In this document: positions 38,960-49,329 of the stretch, one piece after another
Numbering within the stretch: position 1 is the first letter of the stretch
Layout: every line of letters starts with the position of its first letter
NCBI GenBank assembly: GCA_028534125.1
Contig: CM052833.1
Location: forward strand, 18,228,001 to 18,292,000
Direction of reading: 5' to 3'
From: Lama glama
Taxonomy: Eukaryota
DNA length: 64,000 bases
The notes under the pieces: generated by a model
What the model was told of the DNA's origin: nothing
What the model saw: the letters and a program-made list of their open reading frames with translations, nothing else
Databases searched by the model: none
Translations under genes and position numbers: made by a program

Positions 38960-39300
38960 TACTGCGGGGGAAGAGATGTCTGGGACGCACCTGCAGCCCC
39001 CGCGCCCCGCACACTGCCCCCAGTGATAGAGCTCGTCTTCGGATGCCAAGGGGCCGGGCTCCCGGCGGGCGCAGAGGGGCCGAGCCTGCACCTGGCCCGG
39101 AGGTGCCCGGCCCCGCCCACCCCGAGAGAACCAGCCCCCTTATTGAAGTAAGAGAGGTCACCTGCTGCCTTTGGGCTCCAGGTAGGTCTCACCCTTTCCC
39201 CAGAGATTGGCAGGGGCCAGGCCACCCTCTGCCCTTTTGTTCCCTCCGGGGCGTGGACTTTATTAAGGCTATATATATAGAGGTCCCTCTATAGGGCTGC
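38960..39300 (+). promoter_or_regulatory. Small CpG-rich cluster; candidate internal promoter / alternative first exon
   Basis: CpG-rich from 38985 to 39125, with GC boxes at 39111-39121 and 39248-39256, a donor CAG|GTAGGT after 39181 and TATATATA at 39270-39279. Confidence 0.4.
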
Positions 39301-39566
39301 TTCCCCAGAGGAACACATTGACCAGTCAGCACCGGCCACTTTTCACAGAAATGCAATCGAGATCTGCAGGCTGTCTGTTGGGCTGCGTCTCTACTGTGTG
39401 GAATAGCTTTGCTTCGGCTGTAAGCAAAGCAGAGCCTGGTTTCGAGATTCCTTAGCAGTTCCGCACGTCTTTCTGGTGGACTCATTCCAATGCCGGCTGT
39501 GGTTTTACTAGTTTTTCTTATTTTCCTTCATCTTTATTTTTAAAATTCAAAGTTGATACTATTGTT

Positions 39567-39669
39567 ATAAATTAAAAAATTTTTTTCTTTAATGGAGGTA
39601 CTGGGGATTGAACCCAAGACCTCGTGCACACCAAGTACTGCACTCTACCATTGAGCTATACCCTGTACC
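39567..39669 (-). mobile_element. tRNA-Ala-derived camelid SINE, short form
   Basis: ggaggtactggggattgaacccaagacctc...ctaccattgagctataccc, with TSD tgatactattgtt (39554-39566) / tggtactattgtt (39670-39682). Confidence 0.9.
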
Positions 39670-40444
39670 TGGTACTATTGTTTTGAATACAAAAAAAACT
39701 CAACTCCCTCCAAACCATTTAGGAAAGATGCAGAAGTATGAACAAGCTGGTCAGAAAGTACAAAATTCAATTAAGAAAGCAATTTAGGATCTATACAATT
39801 TTCATAGAATAGATTGGTATGGATTTTTTCCCAGAGGAAAGGGTTAGTTGTTTTGACCCAAAGTGGAAGAAAAAGTGGAGGGACAAAAGAAACTTTTTAG
39901 TGACCGTATGCTGCATTAAAGGGCACAGTCTGACGTGACAAATACACGTGGAGGTGTTGATCCAGGTTTGAAAACACAGGCTTGCTGGTTACCGGACCAT
40001 GTCTGCCTTCTTCCCTCTCTCACCACCTGAGGCTACTCATCGTCATCCCCCCTGCTGCCCGGACTCTGCAGAGAACGAGTCTGGCCAGGCTTCTTCTGAA
40101 AAGCCGCATCAGAGTATCACTGGGAGACATTTCACGAAGAAGGAAGTTAATGGTGTCAGCATGTTCTGCCGCAGACCTTGTCACTTGAAGTAAGAACCTT
40201 TTTAGAAACCACAAACTCTCTCGTATGTTCTTGCCTGGAAGCCTGAACGAGAAGACACAGCAGCTGATCAGGAACCAGAGTCCACATCCACTGCGAGGAA
40301 GAGAGACCAGTGGGGATGGCAGCAGTAGCCCCGGGAAGGGTGTGTGTGTGTGACTGTGACGTCAGGACACTTGCTGTCCCATAGACAAAAGCTGAGTAAT
40401 CTGTTCTGGGACATTAATGTTACTACGTGGGTGTTACTACTTCT

Positions 40445-40640
40445 AGCGTTCATGAGCACTTCCAGGTTCCAGGTTCTGTACTGAGTAAGTTCTTGCCACC
40501 TATTTTCTCATTTAATCCTGACAATGACTTTGTGACTCAGATAGTTTTTTGTTTTGTTTTGTTTTGTTTTTTGCTGATGATCAGTAGGCTTGGAAAGGTC
40601 AACTTCTAACAAGGTCACACGGTGTCAAGGTTCGATCCCA
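40445..40640 (-). mobile_element. MIR SINE with an internal (TTTTG)n repeat
   Basis: ttctcatttaatcctgacaatgac...aaggtcacac. The (ttttg)n run is at about 40546-40572. Confidence 0.65.
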
Positions 40641-42329
40641 TGGAAGTCTCTTCCATGTTACCCTGTCCCCTAAGACAGGACAGCCTTCATAAGAAATAAA
40701 GATACCTGAATACTTACTGAAATGATACCGTATAGAGTAGCCAAGGCCACGTTTGTCCACATATTGAAGATAGACACATACTGTTATTTTTCCATTGAAT
40801 TTAACCTTATTATCCCAGGAATTTCTGCTCCTCTCCTTCAGATGATGATAATCCTGTTTATATTTGTCTGTAACCCACGAGCCATTTATTTTGCCAAGTT
40901 CAAGAAATAGTAACTTCAGATCACGAACAGCAAAAATCAGAGAAGGAAGACTAGTTATAGGAATAAGAGAGGAGACTATAGCAACTTGAAATTCAAAAGC
41001 TCAAGAGGAAGATAAACGTCTTTTTAAATGTGTATGAAGTCAAGAGACCATAAACGAGAGAAGTAAAGGTTAAGCTACAGCGTCTTCCTGTAATTGTGGG
41101 ACTGAAGCGAAGAGTGGCTTCAGAATAGCATACGGTGGAAGCTGCATCCGAGGTGCTGTGCGTCATGAACTTTTTGTGTGGGTGAATCCAGAGGTGGGTT
41201 AACTAACCATGCCTATTGTGGGTTTAACATAAATGTTATAATTTTGTTTGTCCAAAACATGCCATTGTTCTCTTACATACTGGCCTCCATGATTCATCAA
41301 GGAGGCAGGCACACAGCCGAGGTCAAGGATGTGGGGACTCCAAGGTGATGCTGTCTCTGAGCCCCAGAGAGGAGATGCTTCCTCCAGAGGGATTTTACGA
41401 TTTGACTCCACCCAGTGAAGGGAACAGCTCTCTTTTCCTTTTCCCTTTCTTCCATTTGCCCCCAAAACAAATGAGAACAAAACAACTCGTAAGTGAGAAT
41501 GATGTCTGTGGGCAGGGGAGGTGCTATATGGAAAACAACCCAGGCTCCTGTACTCCTTCGTGATGACCACGAGGGGAATTAGTCACATGCTCATGTTGTT
41601 TCTGATTTATAACCTGATGTGGCATCGTGCTCTATGTGGAATGAGGAATCCTAGCTGCTGCTGACTTAAGGCAAAACTCGGAGGTGCGGGGATTCCCATG
41701 CACACCAGTTCCTAGGGGAGCTGTTTCCCACCCCCTTGATATATGCATGGCTGTGTGACTTCTCTAGGCTACAAGCATGCGCTTTATTGCTGGTGTCTGC
41801 ACTTCCTCTCCCCCTGTCATGGGAGTGGTGGGAGTCAAGAAGACACGGAGGTGCCCGAAGGTTGGGTCACGGTGCCTGCTCATGGAGGACGGCTGCCGCA
41901 GAGTCATTCAGACCTGCAGGGGATGCTGCCTGAGTGAGAAATAAACTTTTGTTGTGCTGAACCCTTGAGGGGTGAGGGCAGAGAAGACCCCACGGAGGAC
42001 TGAGAGCTGGCCTTGAATCAATTTGGTTATTTTTCCCTCTGCATAGAATCAGTGGCCTTGAGAATCAATGGGATTTCATAGGAGTTTTTCTTATAGAGTT
42101 ATAGTGTATTACGGAGCCCCAGAAACTGAAGTCCTCATCTCCAGGAGTAGTAGCCAGGTGGTAGAAAATCTGGAAGATAGGACATATTTCAATCAATGTG
42201 TTTTTCACTTCTCTTCCCCTTTCCAAGCTTCGTAACTAATGCTTATCTGTTCTGACCTGGGAGAATTGCCCCTCTTCCCTTGTGCTCAGGTGTGCACAGT
42301 CAGTGTTTGTTTGTGTGTAACCATGTGCT

Positions 42330-42810
42330 TACTGTTTACTGTTCCTGGTCTTCCGTCTGGGAACATTTCCTTCTGCCAGAAGAAAGCCTCTTGGTGTTTC
42401 ATTTAGTGGGGGTCTGCTTGCTGCCTGCATACTCGGGCTTTTGTTGGTATAAAGTGTCTTCATTCACCTTTCACCCTTGAAGAATATTTTTGCCATGTAC
42501 CATGTGATACTAGGTTGGCAGGTGATTTCCTTCCATCATTTGTAGTCATCATTCTGTTGTTTTCTGCCTTCCATTGTTCTGTTGAAAATCAGCTCTCAGT
42601 CTGATTACTGCCCATTTGCAGTTACTTTGTCTTCTTTCTCTGGCTGATTGTAAGATTTTCTCTTTGTCTTTTTTGGTGTCCTGGAGTTTTATTGTGATAT
42701 TTCCAGGTGTGTGTTTCTTTACAGTTATCTTGCTAGGGGTTTGCTGCACTTCTTGGTGGTGTGGATAAATTAATGCATCATTCTTTGACTTGGCAAATGC
42801 TCTCTGAACA
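42330..42810 (-). mobile_element. Old L1 ORF1 C-terminal remnant, antisense
   Basis: The minus frame QEVQQTPSKITVKKHTPGNITIKLQDTKKDKEKILQSARERRQSNCKWAVIRLRADF matches L1 ORF1p (QEIQRTP...TPRHIIVRF...KEKMLRAAREK...IRLTADL). Confidence 0.88.
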
Positions 42811-43199
42811 CATGCCCCAGAGCTTGGTGTGTAGTGGTGAGACAAGACTGGGAAGCAGGAAGTCCCAGGATGGAGGCTGCCGGGAGCTCTGGGGCCAGCA
42901 CTGGGGCCCTGGGAACACGTTCTGAGGTAGTTGTCTGAGCCAAGTTCTGACGGACAGGTAGAGGATCAGCAGGTACAGCATGAGCAGAGGCTGGCGGGGA
43001 GTGCGTCGGATGTAAGGTCTGCAAATACAAGGCTCCAGGGCAGGAGGGCGTGAAGGCTGTGGGGCTGCAAGCAGGTCAGCGTGTCTGCAGAGTGAGGGCA
43101 GAGCTGAAAGGGGAGGCCAGAGGCCAGGCTGGTTTGTCACCTGCAGCTGTGTCGCCTCTTCTTAGCTTTGGGCAGATACTTACTTCCTATACGACATCT

Positions 43200-43764
43200 T
43201 TCCTGGGATGATCTAGACCGCCTCAGCCTCATCTTGTCCAGGGGTCTGCCTTGTATTTCCCAAATCTCAGTCTCCTCTAGACCCCTAGGCCCTCTAGTCA
43301 GTCGCACAGACCGGAGAACTGGGCGTCATCCTTCGTGACTCGATGGCCCATGGGACTTTGTCCCCGTGCCTCTAGTCCCACCTCACACCGTGCTTTGTCT
43401 TGACTGCTCCACTCCAGCTACACTGACCTGCCTTTCAGTTTCTCCAGCACAGGCTCCCTCCTGTCGGTAGGTTTTACAGGTGGTGGTCCTTCTTCCTGGA
43501 AGGCTTCCCCTCCCACCTCACCACTTCCTTGGGGAAGCCTATCCAGCCCCACCCCATCCCCATCACATGTTCTCATCTGCATCACATTTGCTCTCACAGG
43601 GCCAGTCACAGCATGTGGGTGGACGCTGACCTGTGTGGTGGTGCACGTGGGGCTGGCTGCCCCGCTCACCTGGTGCCTGAGGGCAGAGAGCATGTGTGCT
43701 CTGCTACGCTTATTCTCAGGGCCCGCACAGAGAACGTGCACAATAAATACTTGTGGAAGGAACG
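43200..43764 (+). mobile_element. L2 3' region
   Basis: Pyrimidine-rich L2 body ending cctgagggcagagagcatgtgtg...caataaatacttgtggaaggaa. Confidence 0.65.
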
Positions 43765-43849
43765 TTCTGGAGCTGTATTAAACGGGTTTGGGCATTGTCT
43801 TGAGGGCACCTAGGAACCACCAATGTTGTGAAAGAGGGAATGATTACAT

Positions 43850-44290
43850 AAGAGTTCATGCTTTAGAACGCTCTCTGTGGACTAGAGTTGGGAAACGAAT
43901 TGGAGGAGCCAAGACTGGGAGCAGAGGAACCTGATGGGGTTGTTATGTTGGCGCAGGTGGGAGATGAGGTTGCAGAACCAAGACAGCCTCAGTGGAGGCG
44001 GGGAAGAGTGGGCAGGGGTGGGAGGTGTTAGGGACCCAACCTGGTGGGACCTAGTGACTGAGTGGAGGGGGGACAGGATGCCTGTCAGATCTCTGGCTTG
44101 AATCGTTGAGCCAATGGTGGCTCCATCTATGAAACAGGGAGCAGAGGGAAGGGGTGGGGGGTGTTTACTAAAGAAGGAAGATGGCTTTATGGAAAGGAAG
44201 GTGATTGATCTGGCCTTGGGCTTGTTGAGTTGAGATATAGGTGCCTGAGAGACAACTGAGCTTAGTCTCCTGAGAAGTCAGCCCTCAAGG
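43850..44290 (-). mobile_element. L2 fragment, antisense
   Basis: gcaggtgggagatgaggttg...agatctctggcttgaatcgttgagccaatggtggctcca...ttgttgagttgaga. Confidence 0.65.
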
Positions 44291-44517
44291 TAGGGGGTTG
44301 GGATTTGTCGTGAAACCAGCATAAAATGCTTTCTGTACAGTCTACCGAGTGCCTCTGGGCAACTGAGGACTTACTTAAGCGTCACTTACCAATCTTGACA
44401 CAAAAGACATACGTATTTGAATTTTTATAGAGAAATAACAGTAAAGGGACAAGTCTGAATGGAGAACATCCTGAAGTGACTTGAAACTGGGGTCCTTTGC
44501 CTTTGGCTGGCTCTGTC

Positions 44518-44552
44518 AGTTGAGTGTAGAAGTTGAGTGTAGAAGTTGAGTG
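44518..44552. repeat. Perfect 13-bp tandem repeat (agttgagtgtaga)x2.7
   Basis: Directly visible. Confidence 0.95.
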
Positions 44553-47500
44553 AGGGGCGGCTGCGGAAGCCAAGGGGACAAGCACCATTCCCTCCTGGAG
44601 GGGCCGCCACCCCTGCCGGAGCCGTCCACTTGGGCCCTTCCGCTTGCAAGCAGTTTCTGTTTAGTTTGTAGCTCTGGAGGAGAGAGACGTGAAGAGGTCA
44701 GCCTCAGAGCAGACGCAGCAGGGTAAACGTTAACTAGATGTCAACCTGGCCCCCTTTCCCATCAGACGAGTAATGGATTGAACACTCAGGCTGAGCAGTA
44801 GCCAGCCTGGAAAGCCTGTATTGACTTTTGGAAGATCATGAAAGAGAAATGGAGGTTTCCTAAATGGGAACCGTTTTCACACATGTGGATGGGTTGCCTG
44901 CGCTACGTCCCCTAGGCTAAAGTGGCCAAACAGGACGGGACGTTGCGAGACTCCCCTGGTCAGTTCTCATCAAGCAAACTGAAGGGTGCGGAGAGCTTGT
45001 TCTGAAATGGCCAGACTCTCCTCCTGACGGATTAATCTTGCTGGCACTGCTTCTCACACCTGGGGCGCTCTCTACGAAGCATTCCTGCTAGGGCCACAGC
45101 GTCCTCCTGGGGAACCAGTGTGCCACTGGGATTTCACCAGGACTCGGGTTTATCAGAGAAAGTCATGTAGAGGAACCCTCTGCACACCCCTGGGGTCTCC
45201 TGAGACGTGCTCTCCTCCCCAGGGTCTGGGGAGACCACCAGGGTTCACATGTCTGACTCTCACACCTTGTGATGTTGAAGAGATCTCAACATTTGAACTC
45301 TGTGTGTTAAGTGAAGAATTCCACTTTTTTCTCATAAACTGTCTTACAGACACAAACTGATTTTATGACAAGACTTTCTTTTCTCTAATGTTTACTTTCT
45401 TTAGCTCCCAAGCCTTCATTTTTGTCACTATGACCTGAGAAATAAATTCAGCTCAACTGCAGCCATCATATTTTTCAGATAATGGAATGGATGCAAATAG
45501 CCATCCCCATCTTCCTGTGCCTTTGAGCCTCTCCCAACAGACAGTGAGGTCGGGCAGGCCATCACCATTCCAGTGCCCAGCGTTGGGACCTGGTGTCAAA
45601 TCAGCCCCACTTTGATCTTGACTGTGTTATGGACAAATGTGAAAATAGACCGTGGCTTTACACCACGTCTCTCTCTGCAATTTACGGAAAGAGCTCTGGG
45701 TCATTGGATTTAAGTGCAAACAGCCGAGTTTGAGTTCTGACTTTGTGACGTGGGGCTAGTCGTTCAACCACCTGGCTTCAGTTTCTGTGACGCATAAAAT
45801 GAAGACTGAGCCACGTGATTGTTAAGATGCTTCCCAGCTCTCTTCCCCCCAGTTCTGTGCTTCTGAAGCACCCCTGACTTGCAGCCCTTGCTTCCCCAGT
45901 GAGGCCCCTGGCCCTCAACCCCGTGTTGGTCCAGCCCCAGGGCTGTGCTCAGTGTGGCTGCCCCTCTGTGCTCTCTGTCTCCTGAGGCCCAGTCCCCCAA
46001 CCACGTTCCCGTCTCCTCCCTTCTGCAGCCTCCCCTCCCTGCCGGCATAGGGTCAGCCAGGTCTGTCTCTCTTATTCCTGTCTCCCCTTGTATGTTCCTG
46101 TCCCCTCCTGCCACCTCCAACCTCTGGGCCAAGCTCTGAGCCAGTGTCCAGTCCTGCACAGACCTTCTTGTGAAAGAAGAAAGTCACCTGGTGAGTTGAT
46201 TCACAGTGAAACACTGATGACGAGGTTCCTTTCTTCTGGTGGAGGTCTCCCATCTGCTACGTGTTCAGTGTGCAGTGGGGTGAGGCCAGTCCCGTCGCCC
46301 TGTCTGTGGCTGGCACCATCGAAGCCCTGAGCCGCCCCACAGGACTGCCCTGGGATCACCTAGCGAGCACCTGGACAGTGCTTTGGGGAGACAGACTGTG
46401 GACAAGTGTTCACACAAGGTGACTTCTGGAGACAGCAGCCCTGGATGCTATCCCGGGTGTCATCACTGTCACCCTCTGTCCGCTCATGTCCTCAGCTTGG
46501 TCCTGGGAGACGAGGTTCCCCGCCGCGTCTAGGGGCCGGCTGGCTGCACTGCTCGTGCCACCACCCTGGACTGGCCTCCTGGGCCCTGCTCCACAGCTGG
46601 CCAGTGTCCTTCTCTCTGCTTTCCCTGCACGGCGGGAGGGCAGGCGGGGAAGAGTCCTTAACTTTTATGTACTAAGGTTCGTTATGTTAATATCATAATT
46701 TGAGTCTGGAACAGGAAAAGGAAGAACATTCAGATGCAAAATGTTATTGGCCCCATGAGAATGAGACGTAAATACACGCTGTGGAACCTGAAAGATTTCA
46801 AATCCAAAATGGCAGCCGCCAAATCAAACGCATTTGCTGGGCCGTCGTTTGTTGACAGTGAGTCAGGAGTGGCTTCTGAGGCATCGATTTCCAGCCTTCT
46901 CGCCTTGTGTTTTGGATCTGAGCACAGAGGCTGCCCTTTGGATAGGCTGCATTTCCACGGAAAAGCACCAGGCTCTTGGCCTAGGAGGGGGCGTTGTTCC
47001 AAATCTGGACATCCTTGTGAGAGAGGTTCCCATGGCTGCCATCCTTCACCAGATGAGTTGTTTTTGTCTCGTTTCAGAGAAGAAGAAGTGCCTGTGCATC
47101 TTAAAATTAATCCTTCATGAAAATAATTATTTACTTCATTTTGTGCCCATTTTTAATGGTGAGCTGGTGTTGGGATTAAAAGTTCAGCCTTGGGCAGTCA
47201 GTTTGAGCAAAAAGTAATTTGGGGAATGTTAGAAACCTCTGTTAATCACTTTCATGTTATAGGACCACCTGCTTTAACTGGTGAGACAGATAGTCTCTCC
47301 TTGTATCCCACTTCTTGAGATGAAAGATGAGATTAAGTAAGTCTGTTCAAGGCATTTGAGGTCTTATCAAAATAAAGGAGGCCAAAAGGAAGGAAAGGAG
47401 AGAGAGACGAAGTGTCTGTATTTGTAGGAAAGAACATGTACTCCTGTCATTCGGGTCACAATTTTAGGTACCTTCATGCTTGTTAACATCACAAGGAGTC

Positions 47501-48764
47501 ACTGCCACATGCCACACAGACCACACACAAGTACGGTGTGATCGGAAACACGGAAGGCCACAGACAGTCCCCAGAGCTTCTGACTGTTCTGTGAGTTACC
47601 CTTTGGAAGCAATTTGAAAGCCAGACTCAGTTAGGAAAAGCCCTCCTCTGGGACTCCGGGGGGATTCGAAATCTTTGATCACTGCTTTTCCATAATGAGC
47701 TCTGATACTTCGAAGGCCACCTCATCCTGGCCACGTGCAGAGGCATTGAGCTCCTGTCTGTAAGACGCTGCTTAGAAACTGGGCGTGAGGCAGAGATGAA
47801 GCAGTGGAAGCTGGTGTCTCCAGGAGGTGTGAACCCTGAGCCCTGACCCATCCTGAGGCTCAGGGCCAGCCTCTGGGCACAAGGGACACTGTGGCCACCA
47901 AATCAGCCATAAGCACCTGTGAGTCCTGAACAGGAAGGGGGACGGCCCAAGTGTGAGCAGCTTGTCGTCCCACAGTAGCACCTCTTGAGGCTGGCTGTGA
48001 TGGCTGCTTTTCTAGCTGCGGGTCCCCTGCTCAGACACAGGCCTGGGCTCCCCAGGGTGGGGCTGGGGAGAGAACACTTTGGGCAAGGAAGGCTCTCAAG
48101 TCACACAGGCTCTTCCACCTGGAGTGCGATCCCAGGGGCTCTCACCGCCCGGCCTGAGCTGCAGGGACACGCTGCCAACACGTGCTGACACTTGAAAGCA
48201 GCAGACAGCTTGAATTAATCAGACAGGAATGAAATCACAGCTGGTTCTCCGGTCAGTACCTGAGCTCTCCACTGGCAACTGAAGTCATAGAAAGTACACT
48301 GAAGAGAGGCCAAAAGAGAGGGTTAAAATACCTAAAAGGAGTAAGAAAATGTTCCGAAGAGGAGTTTTTCGAAAAGGTGCCTTGACAAGGATTGCTGGAT
48401 GATAGAGAATCCAGTGGGCCGTATGTGTCGTTGAGATGCAGGCTGTAAGCAGCCGTGTGGGTGGATGGTGTAGTCCTGGGGAGAGCGATTGGGAGTGGTG
48501 GCTGGGGTTGTCCGATACGAGATCTTCACATGAACTGCCCACTCCCACAGGTCCATTCATCTCCCTCCTGGTCCATTTACGGGTGTGCCACCGTCTGTCT
48601 CACCAGAGAGGAATAAAATCAGAGGTGTAGAGATACCTAGGTGAATCAGAAGTGCCCGTTGTTTCTCTAAGGGGTGGTCAGAGAAGTTTCCACAGCGAGC
48701 CCCGCCATGAGAATGTGTGGACACACTGGTGGGGGCTCCACCACTGCGAGTGATGCCTTTTGGT

Positions 48765-48807
48765 GCTCTGGGGTTGACATTTTGGCTGATGGTTCTTTGT
48801 TGTGTGC
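48765..48807 (-). mobile_element. MER20 (hAT) left piece
   Basis: ttgacattttggctgatggttctttgttgtg matches the reverse MER20 segment ttgacattttgggccggataattctttgttgtg. Confidence 0.7.
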
Positions 48808-49190
48808 GGTTATGGACTGAATGTTTGTTCTCCCTCCACAGTCATACATTGACGTCCTCACTGCCAATGTGATGGCATCTGGAGATGGGGGTCTGTGGGA
48901 GGTGATTACTTTTATGTGAAGTCATGAGGAAGGTGTCCTCGTCAAGGGATTAGTGCCCTTTAGGAGGAAAGAGAGAGAGACTGGAGTGCTCTTTCCCACT
49001 CTCCCTGCCTCACGAGGACACAGCCAGAAGGGCTGACTGCCACCCAGAGAGAGAGATCCTACCAGAAACCAAACCCTGCAGGACCTTGATCTGGACTTTA
49101 CAGTCTCCAGAGGTGTGAGAAGATAAAATTCAGTTGTTAATGCCACATAATGCGTGGTGTTTGTTTTGGCAGCTCAAACTGACACAAGCA
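48808..49190 (+). mobile_element. ERVL-MaLR solo LTR (MLT1A0-like)
   Basis: ttatggactgaatgtttgt...gggattagtgccctt...gaccttgatctggactttacagtctccaga...aaactgacacaagca is colinear with an apparently full-length MLT1A LTR. Confidence 0.9.
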
Positions 49191-49329
49191 CATTTTTGTA
49201 TGTTTGGCACCATCTCTGGTTTCTACTCACTGCATGCCTGTAGCATCCTCCCAGTAGTGACAATAAAGTGCCTCTGGACACTGCCAGATGCCCCCTGGGG
49301 GCAAAGCTGCCCCCACTTGAAAACCAGAG
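49191..49329 (-). mobile_element. MER20 (hAT) right piece
   Basis: gtgacaataaagtgcctctggacactgccagatgccccctgggggcaaagctgcccccacttgaaaacca is the reverse MER20 terminus. Confidence 0.88.

Noticed and set aside
40930-41980. Possible CR1/L3 fragment (about 40.9-41.1 kb) and MLT1-like LTR tail (about 41.7-41.97 kb)
   Set aside because: The similarity is too faint to call without a repeat search.
46734-47217. Overlapping 128-aa and 127-aa ORFs
   Set aside because: No recognisable protein or exon boundaries. The region is better explained as regulatory sequence.
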